A stretch of 64,000 nt of DNA from the IMG/VR virus record IMGVR_UViG_2627853630_000004, positions 1 through 64,000 of that record; one strand, given 5' to 3'. Each line of letters starts with the position of its first letter. Positions within the stretch are counted from its first letter, which is position 1. The position numbers and the translations under genes are program-made. Positions 28,969 to 37,781 of the stretch are shown piece after piece. Source of the stretch: a virus (Duplodnaviria; Caudoviricetes). The notes below the pieces were generated by a model that worked only from the letters and a program-made list of their open reading frames with translations, ran no database searches and was not told the origin of the DNA.

Positions 28969-29249
28969 AGCTTCCCCTCCGCTATCAAAATGTTTAGTGT
29001 TCTCATAACGCCCTCGGCGTGACAAAGGAGTGCCGTTTCTGTCTCTGTGTGCCGCGTTCTGCGGTCTATTTCGTCGTGACAGGAGCTACACGCCCACGCG
29101 CCCTGGATATCGTCGGGCTTAATTCCAGTGCCGCATGTTCCAGCCAGTCGATAATGAGCAAGTACGGTTGTTTCAGGATTGAAATTGCATACGCCTGGTA
29201 TGCGTATCTGACAATCGCGGCCGCGCGCCTCTTTTTTAAAATTGGTCAT
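28965..29249 (-). CDS. DUF1364/YbcO-like putative nuclease
   Basis: ARGRDCQIRIPGVC..NPETTVLAH, ACSSCHD. Confidence 0.8.
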   Translation of the reverse strand: MTNFKKEARGRDCQIRIPGVCNFNPETTVLAHYRLAGTCGTGIKPDDIQGAWACSSCHDEIDRRTRHTETETALLCHAEGVMRTLNILIAEGKL

Positions 29250-29839
29250 GCGGCGTACTCCAGCAGTTGCGCGGCTGCGTTCTCTGCTGCCTGCTGAGTG
29301 GGGAAAGTATGGTAGAGGATGTAATTCCAGAGTACGTTCAGCACCGCTTTATAGAGTTCGCCGAACTTCAGATCATCCATTTTTGAAAACTTAATTGATT
29401 CGGGTTCGTTACGGCGGGTGCCATCGGGCATGTAAAACGTAACGTAGAATCCCGCTTCAATCGTCACCCATGATCTGAACGACTCGAACGATTTCACCGC
29501 CGTGATATTGATTGCTCGTTTCTGTGCAGTATCGCTGAGATATTGATCGGCTAGTTCCTGAATTGTCCCTTCGTGGCCTGCATAGTAAGCAATCCATTTT
29601 ACAAAACCGTTTACAAGGGCTTTATCAGCAGGAGATATGGCACCGCCGTCCGGTTCAAAGTAGTGAAAGCCGAGATTCAGGAGTGAGAAGAATTTACGAT
29701 GAAATGCCGCGTTTCGCGCTTGCTTGAAATCGGCATAAATAACCGCGCCCGTCTTTAGCTTCTTGACGAACTCGTTAGAATCAGGTGTGGCGGGAATTAA
29801 TATTCCACCAGCTGACTTTACAAATGAATGCTGTGCCAT
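29246..29839 (-). CDS. DUF1367-like (NinB-related) protein
   Basis: RNAAFHRKFFSLLNLGF, KSFESFRSW, SIKFSKMD. Confidence 0.78.
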   Translation of the reverse strand: MAQHSFVKSAGGILIPATPDSNEFVKKLKTGAVIYADFKQARNAAFHRKFFSLLNLGFHYFEPDGGAISPADKALVNGFVKWIAYYAGHEGTIQELADQYLSDTAQKRAINITAVKSFESFRSWVTIEAGFYVTFYMPDGTRRNEPESIKFSKMDDLKFGELYKAVLNVLWNYILYHTFPTQQAAENAAAQLLEYAA

Positions 29840-29918
29840 TACCTATCCTCAGTAATGGCGCAGTTGCTTTGTTTGGGTTATCGGGTGTTCAGTCCGATGT
29901 GTTTATTGTACTGTATGT

Positions 29919-30200
29919 TTAGAAAGGTTTGTTAATAATTCTCTGAAATTTATAAAGCTCATTCTCAAAGGTTTCAATCTTACTCTCTTTATCACTTACC
30001 TGTCCCGAGGCCTCATCAGCACAAATGAATGCTGCACTTAATTTATCCTGAGCATACTCACTAAGCGAGCTATTTATCTTATTTTTCAAACCATTAAAAT
30101 TTGAAATATCATTTTTTGCTGATGATTTCGTATTGGATCTGGATATATTTCTTAACAATCTAGCTATTTCATTAAAATCACTTTCGTTTAGTTGATTCAT
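29919..30200 (-). CDS. AT-rich hypothetical protein (moron)
   Basis: AGGAG RBS; 93 aa. Confidence 0.6.
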   Translation of the reverse strand: MNQLNESDFNEIARLLRNISRSNTKSSAKNDISNFNGLKNKINSSLSEYAQDKLSAAFICADEASGQVSDKESKIETFENELYKFQRIINKPF

Positions 30201-30229
30201 CTCTGTTCTCCTTGTGACATGTCACAGAA

Positions 30230-30577
30230 CTATATATCTAATTTTATTTCATGCCACCCGCTTGTATTCCAGCAATCAGAATCACCGCTCATGCAGCATG
30301 ATGCTACTGGCAACGACTCACCGCATTTCCCGCAGCATTGGCGGTTGAGCGACTGAATACGCTGGCGCACTCTGGCATCATCTTGCCGTATCAGCAGTTG
30401 GATATATTCATCCATGTCATAGGGTTCCTTACCCGGACGGCGTAGCACACAATTGCGGCGCAACATATCAAGTTCCTGAGCATCAAGATTCAGTTCCAGC
30501 TTGGTTACGCCAGCCTCCCGCTGGCGCTCACGTTGTGCTCTTTTACGTGCGGCGGCACGCTCTTTAGTGTCTGTCAT
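30230..30577 (-). CDS. hypothetical phage protein with C-terminal Cys cluster
   Basis: AAARKRAQRERQ, RRPGKEPY, CGKCGE...C...GDSDCW; ATGA overlap with the methyltransferase gene. Confidence 0.7.
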   Translation of the reverse strand: MTDTKERAAARKRAQRERQREAGVTKLELNLDAQELDMLRRNCVLRRPGKEPYDMDEYIQLLIRQDDARVRQRIQSLNRQCCGKCGESLPVASCCMSGDSDCWNTSGWHEIKLDI

Positions 30578-32742
30578 GCAGCCACCTGCCATGCGCAGTA
30601 TTCGGGCAAGTTTGCAGCAACTAATGCCCTTGCCTCTGTTGGGCAGACGGCATTGCCGCAACGTGCTACCTGATCTTTCTGTGATATTGGGTTTCCATCT
30701 GGATCGCGATCGATAATGTAATCAGGCGGGAATCCTTGAGCGTTATACAACTCGCGTGGCGATAGCATCCGCATGCAAATATCGATGATGACGTAATCAC
30801 CAACGCGCAGGTATTGACGCCGCGGGGCTGGGAATAGATGGGGGTCATCAGGTAAATCACTGTACGCCTCAAACAGCCGAGCGCAGCACCATGCGTTATA
30901 TCGTTGTTCGTCAGTTAATGGCTGTATTTCGCATTCAACTTCAGTCAGTCCGAATCGATCCCGCGTCGGAATTGTGTGCATCGGTTCAGTGATAGAAACG
31001 CCGTCACGCTCATTGCCGTAGTATTTTGTCAGATACGCCTGAACATGCCCGACATGTTGACCACCAGCGGTGATTGTTGGTACCGGCTCTGTTGATTGCT
31101 GCCCATCTTGGCAGGTTCCACGCAACTTGATGAGGTGTGATGAGCACAAGGAATGATGATCGACCTGAGTTACTGTATGCAGCGGTTCATCCATGCAACA
31201 ACCTGGCCCAGAGTAACCACCGCCGTAATGCTTAATCAGGTTGGCTGCGATAACAGCTTTATGTGATGACGTCGGTACCGTGTCGTATGGCGCGTTAATG
31301 TCACGCGGTTTTCCCGAATACTTGGGGCCACCAGCACCAACCAAAATTGCAGATAATAACTGGCTCTTTCCACCGCCCCCCGCAGTGACAGTTCCTAGCG
31401 GGGTATCTACGGGGTTAGCTGTGCTATTACCGAACTGACGTACAACCACAGGAGCGGCAATACTAAATCCGTGCGCCTGCGTTATCGTCTGTAATGGCTC
31501 CCGCAACGATTGACCTCGGAAACAGTCGTACGCACTGCGATTGCTGGTGTGATTACACTTAACGGCGAATGGCTCTATCAGCAGATGTTCCGCTTTGCTG
31601 GTGACGGTCGTAATGGGCTGATTTACGGAATACGACAGCCGGTCACCACCGAAACCAGTTTGCCCAATCCGCACGATATACGGCTCAGGGTTATTAATCA
31701 CAAACCGATCCAAACCCCGAACGATGCGTTTTAACGTATTGTCTGCCAGCGGCTTTTTCCGGCCTAAAATGGAACGTGTCGGTAGTGGCCAGTCAATGCA
31801 ATCAGCAGCTGTTCGCCACGGTTTTAAATTGCCCTCGGAAAATTCCTTCGATCGTGGATCACCATACTCCGCTGCTGGCCACTCAACTGGCCGCCCGTCG
31901 CATCGTGCAACAACATACAGGCGCTTTCTGATAGTCGGCGCGCCAGACATGTACGCCTTGCGCTCCCTGTGATCAACGTTGTAACCCAAGCCCTTAACCA
32001 ATTTTTTGGCATCAGGGCCGTTAATGTCGATATTCAGGAATTCGCAACACTCAGCCAGCGCCGGATGATTCGCGGGAATGCCAGTGCTCAACATGCCAAT
32101 AAACGCGTTAAATGTTTCACCTCTTTTGGCTGGGTCTGGGTAATAGTTACCCGCCTTTTCAACCAATGGCCCCCATGACCGGAACTCTTCAACGTTCTCC
32201 ATCATCAGCACGCGCGGACGGGTCGCCAGCGCCCAGCGCAGAATCACCCACGCCAAACCGCGTATCTCCTTCTTAACTGGCGTGCCGCCCTTCGCTTTTG
32301 AGAAGTGACGGCAGTCTGGCGAAAACCAGCCGAGCAATACAGGCAGACCACCCGTTGAGACAACCGGATCGACGCTGAAGATGTCTTCGGGGTAATGCAG
32401 CGTACGCGGGTGATTCATTGCGTGCATCGCCATCGCTACAGGATTGTGATTCATTGCGATGTGCGGCTCGAATCCTAACGCTTGTTTGATGCCCTCGCAG
32501 CTCCCGCCGCCACCAGCGAAACCGACAACCACCAGCCCGTTTTCAACATCAGGCCGAGCGATTTCTATCGCTTGGCGCCGCGCCCATTTGTGAGCCGCCT
32601 TTTGAATGTCTGCCGGGTTTTCTCTGCGTAAAAACATTCCGTGCATTTCTGAGAGAAGCGCCTCTCGGCGCTCCGGTGATAATTGATGAACGGGTATCAC
32701 GGATGAGGCGCATTGCTTAACTTCTGTAGGCCAATCACTCAT
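30574..32742 (-). CDS. DNA cytosine-5 methyltransferase (large, repeat-containing)
   Basis: Motif I FAGGGG, IV SPDC, VI ENVEEF, VIII RKR, IX RMLSPREL..AQGFP, X GNAV. Confidence 0.9.
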   Translation of the reverse strand: MSDWPTEVKQCASSVIPVHQLSPERREALLSEMHGMFLRRENPADIQKAAHKWARRQAIEIARPDVENGLVVVGFAGGGGSCEGIKQALGFEPHIAMNHNPVAMAMHAMNHPRTLHYPEDIFSVDPVVSTGGLPVLLGWFSPDCRHFSKAKGGTPVKKEIRGLAWVILRWALATRPRVLMMENVEEFRSWGPLVEKAGNYYPDPAKRGETFNAFIGMLSTGIPANHPALAECCEFLNIDINGPDAKKLVKGLGYNVDHRERKAYMSGAPTIRKRLYVVARCDGRPVEWPAAEYGDPRSKEFSEGNLKPWRTAADCIDWPLPTRSILGRKKPLADNTLKRIVRGLDRFVINNPEPYIVRIGQTGFGGDRLSYSVNQPITTVTSKAEHLLIEPFAVKCNHTSNRSAYDCFRGQSLREPLQTITQAHGFSIAAPVVVRQFGNSTANPVDTPLGTVTAGGGGKSQLLSAILVGAGGPKYSGKPRDINAPYDTVPTSSHKAVIAANLIKHYGGGYSGPGCCMDEPLHTVTQVDHHSLCSSHLIKLRGTCQDGQQSTEPVPTITAGGQHVGHVQAYLTKYYGNERDGVSITEPMHTIPTRDRFGLTEVECEIQPLTDEQRYNAWCCARLFEAYSDLPDDPHLFPAPRRQYLRVGDYVIIDICMRMLSPRELYNAQGFPPDYIIDRDPDGNPISQKDQVARCGNAVCPTEARALVAANLPEYCAWQVAA

Positions 32743-32821
32743 GATCCACCACCTGATTTTTATCAGAGCGAACGACAGTCGCGCCTAGCACGTTTAATTG
32801 AGTGGTTGATAGCGTGGTCAT
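32735..32821 (-). CDS. 28-aa leader-like ORF overlapping the methyltransferase start
   Basis: MTTLSTTQLNVLGATVVRSDKNQVVDHE*, preceded by GAGGCAAGACCAA. Confidence 0.45.
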   Translation of the reverse strand: MTTLSTTQLNVLGATVVRSDKNQVVDHE

Positions 32822-33072
32822 TTGGTCTTGCCTCGTTTTTGGTCGTGATATTCGCGCCAGTAATTTAAGCGCGCTCTAAAATGTTCCCGATACTGCTCCG
32901 CTACCGTGTCCAGCTCTTTTTCAACGTTCCGGCGCAGGGCTTTTCCTGCTATGAGTTGATTTATTAACTGGTTGGCGCGCAGGTCTAGCCATTCCATATC
33001 CCTGAATTCCTGCGGCCACTCACCACGGTTATGAGGCAGTCCGGGCGGCAGGTAATCTGATTGCCCGGACAT
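32818..33072 (-). CDS. hypothetical phage protein
   Basis: SDYLPPGLPHNR.EWP; lies in the pR operon. Confidence 0.65.
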   Translation of the reverse strand: MSGQSDYLPPGLPHNRGEWPQEFRDMEWLDLRANQLINQLIAGKALRRNVEKELDTVAEQYREHFRARLNYWREYHDQKRGKTK

Positions 33073-33075
33073 GGG

Positions 33076-33462
33076 TTATGCCTCTATGGGTTTTATCGTG
33101 TCGAGAAGAAGACGGGCGCGAGTCGGACCACCAGCGCGGGTGCCAGTGTCCTTGTAATAAAACTCGCCAGTGCCAACCACCCACGTAGTCGGGGTTTCAC
33201 GTAATTTAACCGTGCGTTCCCCGCCCACACGGACAACGGTTCCCGTGTGGGTTTTCTTTGTTGTCAGCCGTTTCTTACCTGACGTTTTCGGGAGTGGGGA
33301 AAATTTCGGCGCAACAACTTGCCGCGGCGCGGGAGCTGGCACGTACGGTGAGCGTGTGCGAGCGCGGGCGTTTGCGTTCATAGCCCAAAGAATTGGGCCG
33401 GTGTGGTCGCAGCCGTCATCGGTCATGAATGCGCGTGCGTAAATAACATCAGTTGTAATCAT
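33076..33462 (-). CDS. hypothetical phage protein
   Basis: VKLRETPTTWV...Y.KDTG.R...RLLLDTIKP; start abuts AGGCAAGACC. Confidence 0.68.
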   Translation of the reverse strand: MITTDVIYARAFMTDDGCDHTGPILWAMNANARARTRSPYVPAPAPRQVVAPKFSPLPKTSGKKRLTTKKTHTGTVVRVGGERTVKLRETPTTWVVGTGEFYYKDTGTRAGGPTRARLLLDTIKPIEA

Positions 33463-33508
33463 GGTCTTGCCTCTTTTTTTGGTCGGTTAAGCGCTGGTCA
33501 GGCGCGGT

Positions 33509-34921
33509 TTAAAATTCTTCAATCGGTTGTTTCTTGCTGTATCGCCTGTCTTTCTCCTGCCCTTTCTCTGCCAGCGATCGAGCCTCATTCGTTGGGATAT
33601 TCTTGATATATCCATCAATCATCTGTGCGTACGCTGTTCCGCTCGGCCCCTCACGATTCAGTCGCACAATGAGTTCCATTAGGGTTTTATCCGCCTGCTC
33701 GTTGTAGACAGCGTCACGGTATAGCCCGATCCAAACATCACAATCCTGTTCGATCTGGCCGGTGTCTTTACTGTCTGAGGGCTGTGGCCGTTTGTCCGCG
33801 CGCTCTTCCAGTTTTCGGTTTAACTGCGTCAGCAGCAGCACGATGCAATCCAATTCTTTAGCCAGATTTTTTAAGCCGGTTGTTATCGCGCCGTAACTGA
33901 TGTCGCGGCGTTCCGCTTCCTCGCCTTTCATCAGTGTTAGGTAGTCCACAGCGACTAAACCAACGTGCCCCCGCTGACGTTTAACTTTTCTGCTCTCTGC
34001 TACGATATGGGCAAGTGACACGCCCGGCGTACTGTCGATCATCAGATTTGATTCGGACAGTTCAGCGGCTTTAGCCATTGCCAGCGCCATTTTTGAATCG
34101 TCGTATTCGCCGTTGTAAAACAGGTTTGAACTGATGAGCGCCTCTTGTGCGATCATTCGTTCAATAATCCCCCTGTCAGTCATTTCAAGGCTGAAAACCA
34201 GCGACGGGAGGCGATGATTTAATGCGAAATGCGTAGCGATTTTGTTGTATGTCGCGGTCTTACCCATTTTCGGGCGTGCCCCAACCACGATGAGTGAGCC
34301 ACGCAACGCTTGCTTAGGTGCCATGATTTCATCCAGCCCCTCAATGCCGAGCGTCAAGCCAGCTCCACCCGCAGGATCACTAAATCGGCGCTCAATCTCA
34401 TCAACCCAATCGCCAACGACATCAGTCGCAGGCCGCAACCCTCCCCTACGTCCAGTGCTGGCATGATCGACAACAGCGGTGATCATTTGCTGCACGCTGC
34501 TTAATCGGCTTTCGACTGTAGCGCCGCCGCTGGAGCTGACGATCTCAATGCATGAGTAGAGTTTTTCCAGCGTATAGCGCAGCACTGCTTTTTCACGCAC
34601 GATGCGAGCGTATGCGAGTGTGTTTGCAGCTACTGGCACCCGTGCCATTTCAGCCAGATATGCCATTCCCCCAACGGTCACCAATTCACCGTTTGATTCG
34701 AGTAATTCACTCAGGGTTATCAGGTCGGTCGGCTTTTCAGATCGCGACAGTTCAACCAGACGACGATAAATAATTTGATGTGCGCGCAGATAAAACGACT
34801 CAGCTTTCAGCAGGGACATCACAGCATGGCGGCGCTCATCGTCAGTATTCAGCATCAACCCGCCGATAACGGCCTGCTCTGCTGATGAGCTGTGCGGAAC
34901 AACAGGAATATCATTGGTCAT
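33509..34921 (-). CDS. dnaB: replicative DNA helicase, DnaB family
   Basis: PHS..AEQAVIGG, GARPKMGKT, FSLEM, VDYL, QLNR.LE.RADKRP..SD, GQIEQDCD. Confidence 0.95.
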   Translation of the reverse strand: MTNDIPVVPHSSSAEQAVIGGLMLNTDDERRHAVMSLLKAESFYLRAHQIIYRRLVELSRSEKPTDLITLSELLESNGELVTVGGMAYLAEMARVPVAANTLAYARIVREKAVLRYTLEKLYSCIEIVSSSGGATVESRLSSVQQMITAVVDHASTGRRGGLRPATDVVGDWVDEIERRFSDPAGGAGLTLGIEGLDEIMAPKQALRGSLIVVGARPKMGKTATYNKIATHFALNHRLPSLVFSLEMTDRGIIERMIAQEALISSNLFYNGEYDDSKMALAMAKAAELSESNLMIDSTPGVSLAHIVAESRKVKRQRGHVGLVAVDYLTLMKGEEAERRDISYGAITTGLKNLAKELDCIVLLLTQLNRKLEERADKRPQPSDSKDTGQIEQDCDVWIGLYRDAVYNEQADKTLMELIVRLNREGPSGTAYAQMIDGYIKNIPTNEARSLAEKGQEKDRRYSKKQPIEEF

Positions 34922-35681
34922 TAGCGCGCTCCTCTTTCACGGCGACATAGCAACGCTCAGTAACCAGGTAATCGATGTTTTTGCGTTTCCAGAATCCACC
35001 CCGCCCATTAGATCGGTCTTCCATCATCCAGCGGCAATGCACGGAGATATATTTCAAATAGGCCTGCCAACGCTCAGGAGTGAACTGGAATTTTTTCCAG
35101 AACGCTCGGATCGTTTTTTTTCTCGCGTCAGTCAAAATCTGAACGCGTGGCATGTCTGGAAGGGTTTCGTGGTACACATCCAGAATTTTTTGATAATCAA
35201 TTTTTTCAGCTGGCGGATTATCTGCTGGTGGAGCAGGCTCGCCTGATTCACCAATAACAGGTTCATTGACTGGTTCAGAAGGGTGACTGGTTCTGGTGCC
35301 ATCTGACGCCACAGGGGGTGTGCTTTCTGGTGGTACAGGTGGGTTTTCTGGTGACTCACCTGTGTTTTCTGACACCACAGGGGCTGTGATTTTTGGTGGC
35401 ACAGGGTTATCGAGCGTCAGATAGTAAACGTTCGACGTGTTCCCCTTCCCATTATTCTCACCGAGCCTGTTTTCTTTTGACAGAAAACCCATTTTTATCA
35501 ATGCGGTGATGTGTGCTTTAACGGCACTTTTGCTGCACTCGCACTGATCCGCAACATGCTGATATGACGGCCAGCACTCACCTTTGTCATTCGCGTTATC
35601 GGCCAGCTTAATGAGAACCAGCTTTCGCAGTGGGTTACCGACTTTGCGGCTCATGGCTTTTGCCATTAGGTTCATGCTCAC
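34911..35681 (-). CDS. replication initiator with N-terminal HTH
   Basis: KLVLIKLADNANDKGECWPSYQHVA; Pro-rich repetitive centre (likely ori iterons, ~35310-35405). Confidence 0.85.
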   Translation of the reverse strand: MSMNLMAKAMSRKVGNPLRKLVLIKLADNANDKGECWPSYQHVADQCECSKSAVKAHITALIKMGFLSKENRLGENNGKGNTSNVYYLTLDNPVPPKITAPVVSENTGESPENPPVPPESTPPVASDGTRTSHPSEPVNEPVIGESGEPAPPADNPPAEKIDYQKILDVYHETLPDMPRVQILTDARKKTIRAFWKKFQFTPERWQAYLKYISVHCRWMMEDRSNGRGGFWKRKNIDYLVTERCYVAVKEERANDQ

Positions 35682-35682
35682 G

Positions 35683-35910
35683 CTACACCCCCAGCGATTC
35701 CGCTAACTGACGGCACGCATCCTGATATTCGTCCGGCGATAGATTCATCTCACGCAATTCCGATTTGCGCTGTTCGTATTGCTCCCATACAGAGAGCGCT
35801 TCAGCCCTGCGGCCATCAAAGACAGGTTCAATATCACTGACGCTGGCTGGTTCGCCATTCAGCAAAAAGCCGTTCCTGTACGTGATTCGAATTCGGATCC
35901 TGGTGTGCAT
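35683..35910 (-). CDS. hypothetical phage protein
   Basis: Start reassigned to the ATG at 35910 behind GAGGCAAGACCA. Confidence 0.6.
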   Translation of the reverse strand: MHTRIRIRITYRNGFLLNGEPASVSDIEPVFDGRRAEALSVWEQYEQRKSELREMNLSPDEYQDACRQLAESLGV

Positions 35911-35932
35911 TGGTCTTGCCTCGCTATGCAAC

Positions 35933-36385
35933 TTATGCAACTAACTGCTGAGTAACTGGCAACAGCGCATACATCGCCTCTGTCGCTTTATTTATTCGTT
36001 GTGACATGTCACAGCATCCGAGCAGCACAGCATTCATCGCTGTGGAAAATTCACGGATGGCCACTGCCGTCAGGTAGTTAACAGATCGGTCATTCTGCAA
36101 ACGTGCCCGTCGTTCCCCCGGTAGAGCTGCAAGCATCACCGGAGCCAGCAACTGGACTTTTCTCTGTGCTGCGCGTGAGTCACTACGCAACCAGCGGAAA
36201 ATCTGCTGCCTGTTGTTATTTATCGATTTCCAGTCAGCAACGCCGCGCTGCTCGATTTCATGCAGCCGGATATGTGGATCGCCACCAGCCAGAAAAAATC
36301 GTTTGGTTATCTCGATCGCTACAGTTTCCTGTCCTGCATCAACCGCCCATGATTCGATCTCGTTCTTCAGCTCCTGAATATTCAT
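35933..36385 (-). CDS. CII-equivalent transcription activator, YdaT family
   Basis: W....GQETVAIEIT, NNRQQIFRWL; position after cro; TTGATT-N6-AATCA site just upstream. Confidence 0.78.
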   Translation of the reverse strand: MNIQELKNEIESWAVDAGQETVAIEITKRFFLAGGDPHIRLHEIEQRGVADWKSINNNRQQIFRWLRSDSRAAQRKVQLLAPVMLAALPGERRARLQNDRSVNYLTAVAIREFSTAMNAVLLGCCDMSQRINKATEAMYALLPVTQQLVA

Positions 36386-36403
36386 TGCGTCTCCTGTCGC
36401 AAA

Positions 36404-36421
36404 TTGATTTTTGATAATCAG
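36404..36421. promoter_or_regulatory. YdaT/CII-type binding site (pRE position)
   Basis: TTGATT-TTTGAT-AATCAG between cro and the ydaT-like gene. Confidence 0.7.
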
Positions 36422-36440
36422 ATTTACGCTGATATATCCG

Positions 36441-36635
36441 TCATTGTTTTCGGTACAGTTCCGGGTTGAATTTGAGTTCTCCGTTAGTTCTGATAGCGGC
36501 TTCTGTGGCTCGGCCTTTTGGGATTAGTTTTCCCTCTCGGGTTCGCCACTGATAAATAGCCTCAGTACTCACTTCAAAGAACTGAGCAACCTTCTCAACT
36601 GTTCCGAAATACTCTTCAATTTCGGTTGTAGTCAT
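36441..36635 (-). CDS. cro: Cro-like repressor
   Basis: 64-aa HTH (YFG...KVAQFFEVSTEAIYQW...IPKGRA), divergent from CI. Confidence 0.85.
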   Translation of the reverse strand: MTTTEIEEYFGTVEKVAQFFEVSTEAIYQWRTREGKLIPKGRATEAAIRTNGELKFNPELYRKQ

Positions 36636-36650
36636 TACGCCTCCCGTTAA

Positions 36651-36713
36651 CTAAGTTTGATTAGACATTAACACCTAATCAAACTTAGATCAACGAGTGC
36701 TAAGATAAGTTAG
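36651..36713. promoter_or_regulatory. OR operators and pR
   Basis: Three CTAA-N6-TTAG palindromes (36651-36664, 36675-36688, 36700-36713); minus-strand TTGATC-N17-TAATGT (36693-36665). Confidence 0.78.
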
Positions 36714-36732
36714 TTATTTTTATTTGGTGCGC

Positions 36733-37359
36733 ATGATGGAATCTGTAGGGCAACGAATTAAGCGATTACGAAAAATGACAAAAACGTCTCAAAAGGATTT
36801 GGGGCGCTACTGTGGTGTCTCTGATGTTGCTGTTGGTTATTGGGAAAAAGACATTAACTCACCCAGTGGGGAGCCCGTTTCCAAGCTAGCCAAATTCTTT
36901 AACACCAGCGTTGACTACATTTTGTATGGCACGAAGTTTGAGGGTGAGTTGATCACTAGCGTTCGCAGGGTTCCAGTTCTTTCGTGGGTACAAGCTGGGT
37001 TATTCACTGAATCAACATCGGACCTTATTGATGATTCAACCGAGTGGATTGAAACCGCAGCACCGCTATCAGGGCGAGCATTTGCATTACAGGTTCGTGG
37101 GGATTCAATGACTAACCCTAACGGGCTTCCCTCAATACCTGAAGGGGCGATTGTATTTGTTGATCCAGAGGTGGTGGCAGAAAGCGGGCGGATCGTCGTA
37201 GCGCGACTCAATGGCACATCAGAAGCCACTATTAAAAAACTTGTTATAGATGGCCCAACAAAATTACTCGTTCCCCTAAACCCTCGCTACCCCACACTAA
37301 CGATCAATGGTAATTGCATCATCATTGGCGTAGTTAAAAGCGTTCAGTACACTCTTTAA
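36733..37359 (+). CDS. cI: CI repressor (HTH plus S24 peptidase)
   Basis: HTH N-terminus, VQAG cleavage site, VRGDSM catalytic Ser, TIKKL catalytic Lys. Confidence 0.93.
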   Translation: MMESVGQRIKRLRKMTKTSQKDLGRYCGVSDVAVGYWEKDINSPSGEPVSKLAKFFNTSVDYILYGTKFEGELITSVRRVPVLSWVQAGLFTESTSDLIDDSTEWIETAAPLSGRAFALQVRGDSMTNPNGLPSIPEGAIVFVDPEVVAESGRIVVARLNGTSEATIKKLVIDGPTKLLVPLNPRYPTLTINGNCIIIGVVKSVQYTL

Positions 37360-37390
37360 CCCTCCCTCAGCATAAGCGAAAAACCGATAA

Positions 37391-37441
37391 CTAAGTTTAA
37401 TTCGGTTTTTTGTTGACATAAAATCTAAGTTAAATTAGATT
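37391..37441 (+). promoter_or_regulatory. OL operators and pL
   Basis: CTAAGTTTAATTCG (37391) and CTAAGTTAAATTAG (37425); TTGACA(37413-37418)-N17-TAGATT(37436-37441). Confidence 0.82.
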
Positions 37442-37643
37442 AAATCCATCAACAGCGAACAGGCAGGACGCCCACGAAGTAGCCGCTACCGGCGTATGAA
37501 CAGGTAGATGATTCGCTAAGTAAGGCAAGACCAACCCACGCCGCAGACCACGCTCTATGAGTGGCGACGTGGGAAAACAACCAGGCGCAGTTGCGCTGTT
37601 TGGGTAACACGTTCTGACAGCGGGAAAGACCGCAAATTAATTC

Positions 37644-37719
37644 GGCCCCTTAGCTCAGCGGTTAGAGCTATCCCCTCATAAGGGATTGGTCACTGGTTCA
37701 AATCCAGTAGGGGTCACCA
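37644..37719 (+). tRNA. tRNA with CAT anticodon, Ile2 (lysidine)-type body
   Basis: 76-nt cloverleaf GGCCCCTTAGCTCAG...ATCCC-CTCATAA-GGGAT...GGTTCAAATCC...GGGGTCACCA; acceptor and D arms resemble ileX. Confidence 0.9.
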
Positions 37720-37722
37720 AAT

Positions 37723-37781
37723 TAGCGATCAGGTGATTAACGGGTTTCCCTGCTCGTTACCCGGTTCGACTCCGGGCGCTA
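37723..37781 (+). ncRNA. truncated tRNA-like element
   Basis: T-arm CCCGG-TTCGACT-CCGGG, closing TAGCG/CGCTA, inner stem TAACGGGT/GCTCGTTA; no CCA and no proper D arm. Confidence 0.45.

Noticed and set aside
29909-29926. LexA box upstream of the Q operon (TACTGTATGTTTAGAAAG)
   Set aside because: The right half reads AAG instead of the essential CAG; at most a relic half-site.
30213-30226. matS or CRP site
   Set aside because: Spacer lengths do not fit (2 versus 3 nt for matS; 4 versus 6 nt for CRP); kept as an unexplained palindrome.
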